Below are positions 8,486-16,602 of a DNA stretch of 64,000 nt, piece by piece. A model generated the notes under the pieces. That model saw only the letters and a list, made by a program, of their open reading frames with translations. It did not search any database and had not been told where the DNA came from. The DNA comes from an uncultured Eggerthellaceae bacterium. GTDB lineage: Bacteria > Actinomycetota > Coriobacteriia > Coriobacteriales > Eggerthellaceae. The stretch spans positions 10,801 through 74,800 of the forward strand of contig CAJTXX010000004.1 of assembly GCA_910584145.1 (NCBI GenBank), given 5' to 3'. A program made the position numbers and the translations under genes. Positions within the stretch are counted from its first letter, which is position 1. The number at the start of each line of letters is the position of its first letter.

Positions 8486-9790
8486 ATGTCGGTACGCGAT
8501 TTCCTGGCTGCGTATGCGCAGAGCGAAGGCATCCACAACCCGAAGATGGACGCGCTGGTGCAGTTCAGCGCGCGGCAGCTGACCTGCTCGCATTGCGGCA
8601 AGTGCACCCGGCGCTGCCAGGTGCTGAGCACGCCGGGGCTGGATATCGGCCGCGTGGCTGCCGAGCACGACCGCTTGGCAGCGCTGCCGGAAGGCGAGCT
8701 GCCCGCTGCGCTGATGCAGCTTCTGAATGAGGACTTCCCGCTGTACAACGCGCTGCGCCAGTGCTGCTTCTGCGGCTACTGCACGGCGGAGTGCCCGCAC
8801 CACGTGCGCGCGCCGGAGGATATGCGGCCGTGGCGCGAGCTGTTCATGCGCACCGACATCATGCCGCCGGCCGACTCGCGCTTGGTCATGGTGGATGAGG
8901 AATGGCACATCTTCAGCGCGTACCGCGCCATCTATGGCATCGGGTATCCCGAATACGTCAGCCTCGATGCGGCGGCCGAGCACGGGCCGGGGCTGGTCGA
9001 TACGCTCTTCTTCCCCGGGTGCTCGCTGGTGAGCTATGCGCCGGAAGCGGTGCGCGCGGTGGGCGGCTGGCTCACCGATAGCGGCGTGGCATGGGCGCTC
9101 GGCGACGGATGCTGCGGGAGCCCCCTGATGAGCGCCGGGCTGTTCGAGCGCGCCGCGGGGCTGCGCGAGCGGTTCATCGCCCAGATGCAGCAGGCGGGCA
9201 TAACGCGCATGGTGACGGTGTGCCCGGGCTGCGCCGACGAGTTCGCCGACGACATGCCGGCGGGCATATCCATCGTGCCGCTGCCGGAGCTGCTGGAGCA
9301 GCTGGCGGCGCAGCGCGCGGCGCAGGGGCGCCCCAGCGGGTTCGCGCCGCTCGAGCGCGCATCTCTCACGTTCTTCGACTCATGCCACGATAGGGGCGAT
9401 GGGCGCAATGCGCGCGCCATCCGGCGCCTCATGCGCGAGCATCTGAGCGGGGCGTGCCAGCTCGAGATGGAGCATGCGCGCCGCCAGACGCTCTGCTGCG
9501 GCGCGGGCGGCGCGGTCGCCAGCTACGATGCCGAGCTGACCGACGACCGCGTGTGGCAGGTGATGGCCGAAGCGCGCGCGACCGGCGCGCAGACGGTGGT
9601 CACCATGTGCCCCACCTGCACCTATACGCTCGCGCAGGCGAACCTCTCCGCGCCCGGCAAGGGCATGGATTCCAAGCATTACCTCGAGGTGCTCTTCGGC
9701 GTTCAGATCGACTGGGCCCAGGTGTTCGACCAGCTCGGCGGCATGTGGACGGGCGAATACGGCCCGTGGCTCGCCGCCACGTTCTACTGA
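8486..9790 (+). CDS. (Fe-S)-binding oxidoreductase with two ferredoxin-type 4Fe-4S motifs and two CCG domains (HdrD/GlcF/GlpC-like)
   Basis: It has CSHCGKCTRRC and CFCGYCTAECP, followed by FFPGCSL..CCGSP..CPGC and FFDSCHD..CCGAGG..CPTC. ATG at 8486 is preceded by GGAAGGAGG. Confidence 0.8.
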   Translation: MSVRDFLAAYAQSEGIHNPKMDALVQFSARQLTCSHCGKCTRRCQVLSTPGLDIGRVAAEHDRLAALPEGELPAALMQLLNEDFPLYNALRQCCFCGYCTAECPHHVRAPEDMRPWRELFMRTDIMPPADSRLVMVDEEWHIFSAYRAIYGIGYPEYVSLDAAAEHGPGLVDTLFFPGCSLVSYAPEAVRAVGGWLTDSGVAWALGDGCCGSPLMSAGLFERAAGLRERFIAQMQQAGITRMVTVCPGCADEFADDMPAGISIVPLPELLEQLAAQRAAQGRPSGFAPLERASLTFFDSCHDRGDGRNARAIRRLMREHLSGACQLEMEHARRQTLCCGAGGAVASYDAELTDDRVWQVMAEARATGAQTVVTMCPTCTYTLAQANLSAPGKGMDSKHYLEVLFGVQIDWAQVFDQLGGMWTGEYGPWLAATFY

Positions 9791-9795
9791 GGCGG

Positions 9796-10575
9796 TCAGG
9801 CGGCCACTACGATGCGGTAGTTCGCGTCGTCGCCGCAGCAGGTCTGCAGGATGATCGATTCGCCGTAGCCGGTCACGCGCTGCTGGATATCCTCCCAGGC
9901 GGTGGTGTCGGGCACGGTGAACACGTCTACCACGCGATAGGTGCGCGCGGCCCCTGCGCTGTCGGTGACGGTGATGGCATCGCCGGGCGCGAGGTCCATC
10001 ACATGGTGGAAGGGGCCGGGGTTGTGACCGATGAAGTAGCCCCACGAGCCATCGGTGGTGCTGTCGGAGCCCATCCAGAGGCCCGCGCCGGAGGACGGCG
10101 CGGTGGTGGCAAGATACGCGCTGACGTATGGCATGGCATCGCCGTCGATATCGATGGTGGCGAAGGCCGGCTGCGCCGGAGCGGCAGCGTGCTCGCTGGC
10201 GGCAGCATCCGCTTCAGCCTCGGCTTCGGCAGCGGCTTGCGCAGCGGCGGCCTCGGCCGTGCCGGCCACCTGCCCGCTCACCAGGTCGGCTTGCGTGTCG
10301 AGCAGCGCGTCCCCTTCGCTCACCGAGAACGTGCATACCCGGCTCACCGCCATGTTGATGCCGGCGTCGAGGGGCGATGCGCCGCCTGACTGCTCCTGAG
10401 CTGCTCCGGTGAGCTCGCTCGCGGCCGCGCCGCCTCCGAGCGGGTGCGCGAGCGCTGCGAGGGGAGATGCCGCGATGAGCGCGGCAGCAGCAGCGCCGAT
10501 GAGCGCTGCGATGATTGCATCTATGCGTGCGGTGCCGCTTCGCACGGCGGCCGCCTGATGCACCTGGTAAGACAT
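9796..10575 (-). CDS. Sortase family transpeptidase (class uncertain) with an Ala/Glu-rich linker
   Basis: It has an N-terminal TM anchor, then GHNPGPF ... ILQTCCG ... YRIVVAA (His, TxxC-type Cys, Arg triad order). Confidence 0.7.
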   Translation of the reverse strand: MSYQVHQAAAVRSGTARIDAIIAALIGAAAAALIAASPLAALAHPLGGGAAASELTGAAQEQSGGASPLDAGINMAVSRVCTFSVSEGDALLDTQADLVSGQVAGTAEAAAAQAAAEAEAEADAAASEHAAAPAQPAFATIDIDGDAMPYVSAYLATTAPSSGAGLWMGSDSTTDGSWGYFIGHNPGPFHHVMDLAPGDAITVTDSAGAARTYRVVDVFTVPDTTAWEDIQQRVTGYGESIILQTCCGDDANYRIVVAA

Positions 10576-10842
10576 GGTCGCCTACCTTCCGCGTCCGTCG
10601 TGAAGGCCTTCTCTCCTCATGTCTTCCGAACCTCTGGGCCCATCGTATGCGCTGGCGAGCGCACCTGCCAGCGCGTGCGCCTGATGCAACGTGCCCGATG
10701 CGCAACCGTAATGCCCTCGGCCTCGCGCCGATACATTCCCGAAAAGTGCGCGCGGGTACGGGAAATGCGCCATATCGCGCGAGCCGGTGGTGGGATTCGG
10801 GGTAATATGTAACCGACAAGAACCTACGAGAAGGCGGTGCGC

Positions 10843-11559
10843 ATGGCAGACGGTTACAAGTACGACCGCGTGCTCTTGAAGCTATCGGGCGAGGCGCTGG
10901 CGGGGGACCAGGGTTACGGCATAGACCCGAAGGTGGTGAACGACCTCGCCGACGAGATAGCCGACATCGTGCAGGACGGTGTGCAGCTGGCGGTCGTGGT
11001 GGGCGGCGGCAACATCTTCCGCGGGCTCGCCGGCTCGGCTGAGGGCATGGACCGCGCGCAGGCTGACTACATCGGCATGCTCGCCACCGTCATGAACGCG
11101 CTGGCCCTGCAGGACGCCTTCGAGCGCCATGGCATCTTCTCGCGCGTGCAGAGCGCGATCAATATGCAGGAGGTCAGCGAGCCGTACATCCGCCGCCGCG
11201 CCGTGCGCCACTTGGAGAAGGGGCGCGTGGTCATCTTGGCTGCGGGCACCGGCAATCCGTATTTCACCACCGACACCACCGCGGCGCTGCGCGCATGCGA
11301 GCTGGATGTCGATTGCCTGATGAAGGCCACGAAGGTGGACGGGGTCTACGACAGCGACCCGGCGAAGAACGCCGACGCGCAGCGCTTCGACCACATAAGC
11401 TACCTGGAGGTGCTGAACCGCGGCCTGAACGTGATGGACGCCACGGCCACCTCGCTGTGCATGGATAACGACGTGCCCATGATCGTGTTCGACCTGACCC
11501 GCCGCGGCAACATCCAGCGCGCGCTTCGGGGCGAGGACGTGGGTACCACGATAGATTAG
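10843..11559 (+). CDS. pyrH: UMP kinase
   Basis: [16 protein letters not shown]...[10 protein letters not shown]... shows full-length PyrH similarity. ATG at 10843 has GAGAAGG upstream; GTG at 10837 is an alternative start. Confidence 0.95.
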   Translation: MADGYKYDRVLLKLSGEALAGDQGYGIDPKVVNDLADEIADIVQDGVQLAVVVGGGNIFRGLAGSAEGMDRAQADYIGMLATVMNALALQDAFERHGIFSRVQSAINMQEVSEPYIRRRAVRHLEKGRVVILAAGTGNPYFTTDTTAALRACELDVDCLMKATKVDGVYDSDPAKNADAQRFDHISYLEVLNRGLNVMDATATSLCMDNDVPMIVFDLTRRGNIQRALRGEDVGTTID

Positions 11560-11571
11560 AAAGGACGCGCA

Positions 11572-12135
11572 ATGGCTGATATCGACGAGATCCTGATGGG
11601 CGCCGAGGAGCGCATGGAGAAGGCGCTCGGCTCGCTGCATGACAACTTCGCCTCGGTGCGCACCGGCCGCGCGAACGCGATGGTGCTCGACCGTATCAAG
11701 GTCGACTATTACGGCACGCCCACGCCCATCAACCAGATGGCGGGCGTGAAGTCGCCCGATGCGCATCTGCTGGTCATCGAGCCGTGGGACAAGACGGCGC
11801 TGAAGGACATCGAGCGCGCCATCTTAGAGAGCGACCTGGGCGTGACGCCGAACAACGACGGTTCGGTGATACGCCTGCCGTTCCCGCAGCTGACCGAGGA
11901 GCGCCGCCGCGAGCTGGCGAAGAACTGCCGCACCTATGCCGAGGAGGCGCGCGTCGCCCTGCGCAACATCCGCCGCGACGCGAACGGCGCCATCGAGAAG
12001 GCCGAGAAGAACGACGGCCTACCCGAGGACGATGCGCGCCGCGCCGAGGACGCTGTGCAGAAGCTGACCGACAAGCACGTCGCCGAGGTGGACGCTGCGC
12101 TGAAGGCTAAAGAAGCCGAGGTCATGGAGGTGTAA
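11572..12135 (+). CDS. frr: Ribosome recycling factor
   Basis: 187 aa with typical Frr sequence (VRTGRANAMVLDRIKVDYYGTPTPINQMA). Confidence 0.95.
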   Translation: MADIDEILMGAEERMEKALGSLHDNFASVRTGRANAMVLDRIKVDYYGTPTPINQMAGVKSPDAHLLVIEPWDKTALKDIERAILESDLGVTPNNDGSVIRLPFPQLTEERRRELAKNCRTYAEEARVALRNIRRDANGAIEKAEKNDGLPEDDARRAEDAVQKLTDKHVAEVDAALKAKEAEVMEV

Positions 12136-12136
12136 G

Positions 12137-12165
12137 GTCCTGCTCGCCTCCGAGGCGAGCAGGAC
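12137..12165 (+). terminator. Strong GC hairpin after frr, terminator-like but without a U-tract
   Basis: gtcctgctcgcc / ggcgagcaggac forms a 12-bp perfect stem with a 5-nt loop, starting 2 nt after the frr stop. No T-run follows. Confidence 0.4.
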
Positions 12166-12314
12166 GGGCTGAGGCTGCGGAGCCCTATCGCGCTCCATCG
12201 CCGCATCCGAGCTCGGGGCCGCGCGAGGGCGTGCGCCGCAGGGGCTCTAGGCGGAGAGGGGCGCTCTGTGAGCGGGCTCCTCGCTTCGCCGCGAACGACA
12301 CGGAGCCGTTTCAT

Positions 12315-13088
12315 TTGAAGGAACTGAGCTACATATTCCCGAACCCGCCTGCTGATGCCGATCCGGCCCGGTTGGACCTCGCGCGCATCCCGCAGCATAT
12401 CGCCGTCATCATGGACGGCAATGGGCGATGGGCGAAGCAGCGTGCGCTGAACCGGCTGCGCGGGCACAAGGCCGGCATCGGGGCGGTGCGCGAGACGATA
12501 CGCTGCGCGAGCGATCTGGGCGTGCGCTATCTCACCATCTACTCGTTCTCCACCGAGAACTGGAAGCGCCCGACCGACGAGGTCGTGGGGTTGATGAACC
12601 TCTTCGCTAAGACGATGCTCGCCGAGGTGGACGAGCTGCATGAAGAGCATGTGCGCGTGATGACCATCGGCGATCTGTCGCCGCTGCCGGACGACACGCG
12701 CGAGGCGTTCGAGCTGGCGTGGGAGAAGACGCGCGGCAACGACGGCATGACGCTCGTGGTGGCGGTGAATTACGGCGGCAGGGCGGAGATCGTCCATGCG
12801 GCGCGCGCGTTCATGCGCGAGGCGGCCGATGCGGCGCATGCGGGCGATGCGGTGCCGGAGCTGACCGAGGAGGCGCTGACCCAGCACCTCTACACCGCCG
12901 ATGCGCCCGACCCTGAGCTGCTGATACGCACGAGCGGGGAGATGCGGCTGTCGAATTTCATGCTGTGGCAGGCGGCTTATTCCGAGTTCGTGTGCTCGCA
13001 GGTGCTCTGGCCCGATTTCGACCGCTACGAGCTTCTGCGGTGCCTGCTGGAATACCAATCGCGCGACCGGCGCTTCGGAGCCGTGTGA
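12315..13088 (+). CDS. uppS: Isoprenyl transferase (undecaprenyl diphosphate synthase)
   Basis: IPQHIAVIMDGNGRWA ... RTSGEMRLSNFMLWQAAYSE. The start is uncertain: TTG at 12315 is chosen, and the ORF is open from 12231. Confidence 0.9.
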   Translation: MKELSYIFPNPPADADPARLDLARIPQHIAVIMDGNGRWAKQRALNRLRGHKAGIGAVRETIRCASDLGVRYLTIYSFSTENWKRPTDEVVGLMNLFAKTMLAEVDELHEEHVRVMTIGDLSPLPDDTREAFELAWEKTRGNDGMTLVVAVNYGGRAEIVHAARAFMREAADAAHAGDAVPELTEEALTQHLYTADAPDPELLIRTSGEMRLSNFMLWQAAYSEFVCSQVLWPDFDRYELLRCLLEYQSRDRRFGAV

Positions 13089-14290
13089 TGGAAGGGGCGG
13101 CAGCGGTGGAGGAGCTGGAAGCGGCGATGCCGTCTGGCTCCGCGGCGGCCGACGATGGCCTGACCGAGCGCCAGCGCGAGGCGCGGCAGCGGCTGCGGGC
13201 GCGCGTGCGCGAGCTGACCGACGCGGCGGGTGACGAGCCCGGCTCGTTCAGCGCGCGGCCCACCACCAAAGAGCTCGACCGGGGCAGGGATGTCGACGGC
13301 CCGGCGATCATCTACGATGCCGGCTCCGCTCCGCCTGGCCCCCCATGGAACTACGACCTGTCGCCCGACGAGGCGGCAGCGCGGCAGCAGAAGAAGGAGC
13401 AGCGGGCCCAGAAGCGCCAGAAGGTGAAGGAGACGGCGCTCGACAAGACGCCCGAGAAGCTGAAGAACCCTTCGAGCCTCCAGGTGCGGTTCCGCACGGG
13501 GCTCGCGTACACCTTGGTCACCATCGCGTGCGTGTTCGCGGGGAATATCCCCACCATGATCTACCTGATGGTGGTGGCGGGCATCTGCGCGGGCGAGTTC
13601 TACTACATGCTGCGCTCCGATTCGAAGCTGCCGAACGAGGCGCTCGGCATCGCCGGCGCGGTGCTGTTCGTGCCGGCCATGTACTTCGCCGGCCTCGCGG
13701 GCGCTATGATCGTGGCTGTGGTGCTGCTCATAGCGCTTCTGGTCTGGTATGTGTTCTGGCTGCGTGCGCGCATCCAAGATGTCGCCGTCAGCTTCCTCGG
13801 GGCGGCCTATACCGGGTTGCTGCTGAGCGGGCTGATGGTCATCAGGGCATCGGTCGATCAGCCTTGGGGCGGGCTCGTGCTGTTCATGCTGTTTCTGAGC
13901 GTATGGGCCAACGACGCGTTCGCGTATTTCGTCGGCAGCAAGATAGGCAAGCACAAGCTGGCGCCCCGCGTCAGCCCGAAGAAGAGCTGGGAGGGCTTCT
14001 TGGCCGGGCTCGTGGGCTCCATGCTGGTGTGGGTGGTCATGTCGTTCATACCTGCCTTGCAGATGAGCATACCCCTGGCGCTCTTGTTCGGGCTGCTGTG
14101 CGGGCTGATGGAGGTGCTCGGCGATTTGGCCGAGAGCCGCATCAAGCGCAATTCCGGCTTCAAGGATTCCGGCACCATCATGCCTGGGCACGGTGGCCTG
14201 CTCGATCGGTGCGATTCGTTGTTCCTGGCGTCGGTGACGGCGTCGTTCCTCATGGTGGGGGGAGGCGTTATCCCGTATGCATTCCTCTAA
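13088..14290 (+). CDS. cdsA: Phosphatidate cytidylyltransferase with a long charged N-terminal extension
   Basis: The C-terminal part has CdsA motifs (SKIGKHKLAPRVSPKKSWEG ... SRIKRNSGFKDSGTIMPGHGGLLDRCDS). ATG at 13088 overlaps the uppS stop (GTGATG). Confidence 0.85.
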   Translation: MEGAAAVEELEAAMPSGSAAADDGLTERQREARQRLRARVRELTDAAGDEPGSFSARPTTKELDRGRDVDGPAIIYDAGSAPPGPPWNYDLSPDEAAARQQKKEQRAQKRQKVKETALDKTPEKLKNPSSLQVRFRTGLAYTLVTIACVFAGNIPTMIYLMVVAGICAGEFYYMLRSDSKLPNEALGIAGAVLFVPAMYFAGLAGAMIVAVVLLIALLVWYVFWLRARIQDVAVSFLGAAYTGLLLSGLMVIRASVDQPWGGLVLFMLFLSVWANDAFAYFVGSKIGKHKLAPRVSPKKSWEGFLAGLVGSMLVWVVMSFIPALQMSIPLALLFGLLCGLMEVLGDLAESRIKRNSGFKDSGTIMPGHGGLLDRCDSLFLASVTASFLMVGGGVIPYAFL

Positions 14291-15380
14291 GGGCATCGTC
14301 GTACTGGGCTCGACGGGCTCGATCGGCAGGCAGACGCTCGACGTGGTGTCGCAGCACCCCGACAAGCTGCATGTGGTGGGCCTCGCCTGCGGCACGCGCG
14401 TCGCCGAGATGCAGCGGCAGGCGCAGCGGTTCGGCGTGGCGGATACGGCGGTGGGCGCCGAGGACGCATTGCGCCTGATAGACCTCGATGGGGTCGATAT
14501 CGTGGTGAATGCGCTCGTGGGCTCTGCGGGCCTGCGCGCGAGCTACAAGACGCTTGCTGCGGGCAAGACCCTGGCCTTGGCGAACAAGGAATCGCTCGTG
14601 GTGGGCGGCGACCTGCTGATGCCCTTGGCACAGCAGCCGGGGCGCCTCATGCCCATCGACTCGGAGCATGGCGCCATCTACCAGTGCCTGCTCGGCGAGG
14701 ATGCGCGCGAGGTCACCCGCTTGTGGGTGACGGCTTCCGGCGGTCCGTTCCGCGGCATGACCGCCGACCAGCTCGCGCATGTGACCGCGCGCGATGCCCT
14801 CGCGCATCCCACGTGGAACATGGGCCCGAAGATAACCATCGACTCGTCCACGCTGATGAACAAGGGCCTCGAGGTGATAGAGGCGCATCATCTGTTCGCG
14901 ATGCCCTACGAGCGCATCGCGGTGGTGGTGCAGCCGCAGAGCGCGATACATTCGATGGTGGAGTTCGCTGATGGTTCGGTGAAGGCGCACTTGGGCACGA
15001 CCGACATGCGCATCCCCATCCAGTTCGCGCTGTCGTATCCCGAGCGGTGGGATGCGCCGGTGCAGCCGCTCGACTTCCGCACGCTGGGCAGCCTCGATTT
15101 CGCAGCGCCCGATACCGACGCGTTCCGCTGCCTCGCGCTGGCGCGCGAAGCGGGGCGGACGGGCGGCACCATGCCCGCTGCCATGAATGCGGCGAACGAG
15201 GTGGCTGTCGATGCCTTCCTGCATGACCGTTGCGCGTTCTTGGATATCCCCGCCTGCGTCGCTCAGGTGATGGAGGCGCATGTGCCGCATGCGGTGGAGA
15301 GCATCGAGCAGCTCGAAGCGGTGGATGCTGAGGCGCGCCGGCAGGCAGCGCTCTTCCTCGAAGGTCAGGGGATGGCGTAG
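14277..15380 (+). CDS. dxr: 1-deoxy-D-xylulose 5-phosphate reductoisomerase
   Basis: VVLGSTGSIGRQTLDV ... LANKESLV ... DSEHGAI ... NKGLEVIEA are canonical Dxr motifs. Confidence 0.95.
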   Translation: MHSSKGIVVLGSTGSIGRQTLDVVSQHPDKLHVVGLACGTRVAEMQRQAQRFGVADTAVGAEDALRLIDLDGVDIVVNALVGSAGLRASYKTLAAGKTLALANKESLVVGGDLLMPLAQQPGRLMPIDSEHGAIYQCLLGEDAREVTRLWVTASGGPFRGMTADQLAHVTARDALAHPTWNMGPKITIDSSTLMNKGLEVIEAHHLFAMPYERIAVVVQPQSAIHSMVEFADGSVKAHLGTTDMRIPIQFALSYPERWDAPVQPLDFRTLGSLDFAAPDTDAFRCLALAREAGRTGGTMPAAMNAANEVAVDAFLHDRCAFLDIPACVAQVMEAHVPHAVESIEQLEAVDAEARRQAALFLEGQGMA

Positions 15381-16156
15381 ACCAGCGTCCTCTCGTCTGA
15401 TGAGCGGTTGTAGCTGCATGTGACGAGGGTGATGCATCGCTCCGGGCCGGCGTCGCGCAAGCGCACGCAGCACTCGCTGAGGCGCTCTCGATACCATGAG
15501 CGGAAATCGCCCTCATCGTCGAATGCGGTGCGCTTCGTCTGCTCGCTCCCGGCTGTTATGGCCGCCCCCGATACGCGCAGCGCTCGCCTCCATGCAGGGG
15601 TCTGCACCAGCACCACTGCGTGCTCTCGGGCGAAGGCCGGCTGCGCATAGCCGGCGAGCTCGGCGAACATGGAATCGCCGTTCTGTATGTTGTGCCCGAA
15701 GATGACCGCATTGCGGCTCTCAAGGCCATCCTCGATGCAGGAGGCGTCGAGGTAAGGGCAGCCGTGGTAGTTCGGCATCCCGCGTATGTCGTGGTCGAGG
15801 TAGTAGGTGGGCGCGTCCGGGTGCGCTTGCACGATGGCGGTGTCGAGCGCGGTTCCCGGGATGCTCACCCAGCCGATCACATCCGGGTTCACCTGCTGCC
15901 AATGCTCCCAGTCCACCTGCGGGAAGCCGTCCGCATCGCGCGCTCCGGGCATGTCAGGGTCGGCTATCGTCGCGGCGCTCGATGCGCACCAGGCGAACCA
16001 GACGAGCAGGCCCGCGAGCGCGAGCGCGGCCGCCCCGGCTATCGAGAAGCCGATGGCGGCCTTGCCGCGCCAGCGTGCGCTCGCGCTACGCATCGGCGGG
16101 TAGCGCCTTGGTGCGCCCGCAGAGCGCGCAGGTCTGGGACGTGGCGACGAGCTCAT
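15365..16156 (-). CDS. srtB: Class B sortase
   Basis: VNPDVIGWVSIPGTALDTAIVQ ... VIFGHNIQNGDSMFAEL ... ITLVTCSY has the SrtB-type layout. The alternative start M22 is at 16093. The 3' end overlaps the convergent dxr by 16 nt. Confidence 0.8.
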   Translation of the reverse strand: MSSSPRPRPARSAGAPRRYPPMRSASARWRGKAAIGFSIAGAAALALAGLLVWFAWCASSAATIADPDMPGARDADGFPQVDWEHWQQVNPDVIGWVSIPGTALDTAIVQAHPDAPTYYLDHDIRGMPNYHGCPYLDASCIEDGLESRNAVIFGHNIQNGDSMFAELAGYAQPAFAREHAVVLVQTPAWRRALRVSGAAITAGSEQTKRTAFDDEGDFRSWYRERLSECCVRLRDAGPERCITLVTCSYNRSSDERTLVYAIP

Positions 16157-16574
16157 CGTAGGCGGGCGCGTCCTCGACCGTCTCCGTCCATGCGCCGGCG
16201 ACGATGACGGTCTCAGTCAGCGGGACGTCCGTTGTATAGGCTGCATGCCCGGTTGTCCGCGCATGTAGCTCGGTCGCGCCATCTATCGTCTCGCCGCAGA
16301 TGTTGCATACGGTGTGGAGCGCCTCCTCCTCCCTCGTCTCGGGGCCGTGCGCCACCTCGCGGGTGAGCGCGTCGTGGTGCACGAGCTCAAGGTCGTCATG
16401 CCAAGCGTGCGGGCAGCTCGCGCTCGTTGGGGTGATGGCTTGCGCTTGCTGCTGCGGTGGTGCAGCGGCGAGCGCCACCATCGCTGCCGTGGCGACGCTC
16501 GCTGTCAAGCATGCTGTGACGCAAGCGGTGAGGACAGCGCGCCTGCGCTGCCGCTTCTTGTCGGCTCTTTCCAT
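16086..16574 (-). CDS. Hypothetical membrane-anchored Cys-rich protein in the adhesin-sortase operon
   Basis: It has a basic N-terminus plus a TM segment (AVLTACVTACLTASVATAAMVALAAA), then CPHAW, CNICGE and CALCGR (zinc-ribbon-like pairs). It lies between the adhesin and srtB on the same strand. Confidence 0.5.
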   Translation of the reverse strand: MERADKKRQRRRAVLTACVTACLTASVATAAMVALAAAPPQQQAQAITPTSASCPHAWHDDLELVHHDALTREVAHGPETREEEALHTVCNICGETIDGATELHARTTGHAAYTTDVPLTETVIVAGAWTETVEDAPAYDELVATSQTCALCGRTKALPADA

Positions 16575-16602
16575 GCGGATTCCTCTCGTTCAGCCCTGGT
16601 GG

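Noticed and set aside
15141-15160. The sequence cgaagcggggcgg (complement ccccgcttcg) inside dxr resembles the repeat-core segment cctcgcttcg.
   Set aside because: It encodes a conserved Dxr peptide (LALAREAGRTGG), has no flanking inverted repeats, and shows only short GC-rich similarity. I judge it coincidental.
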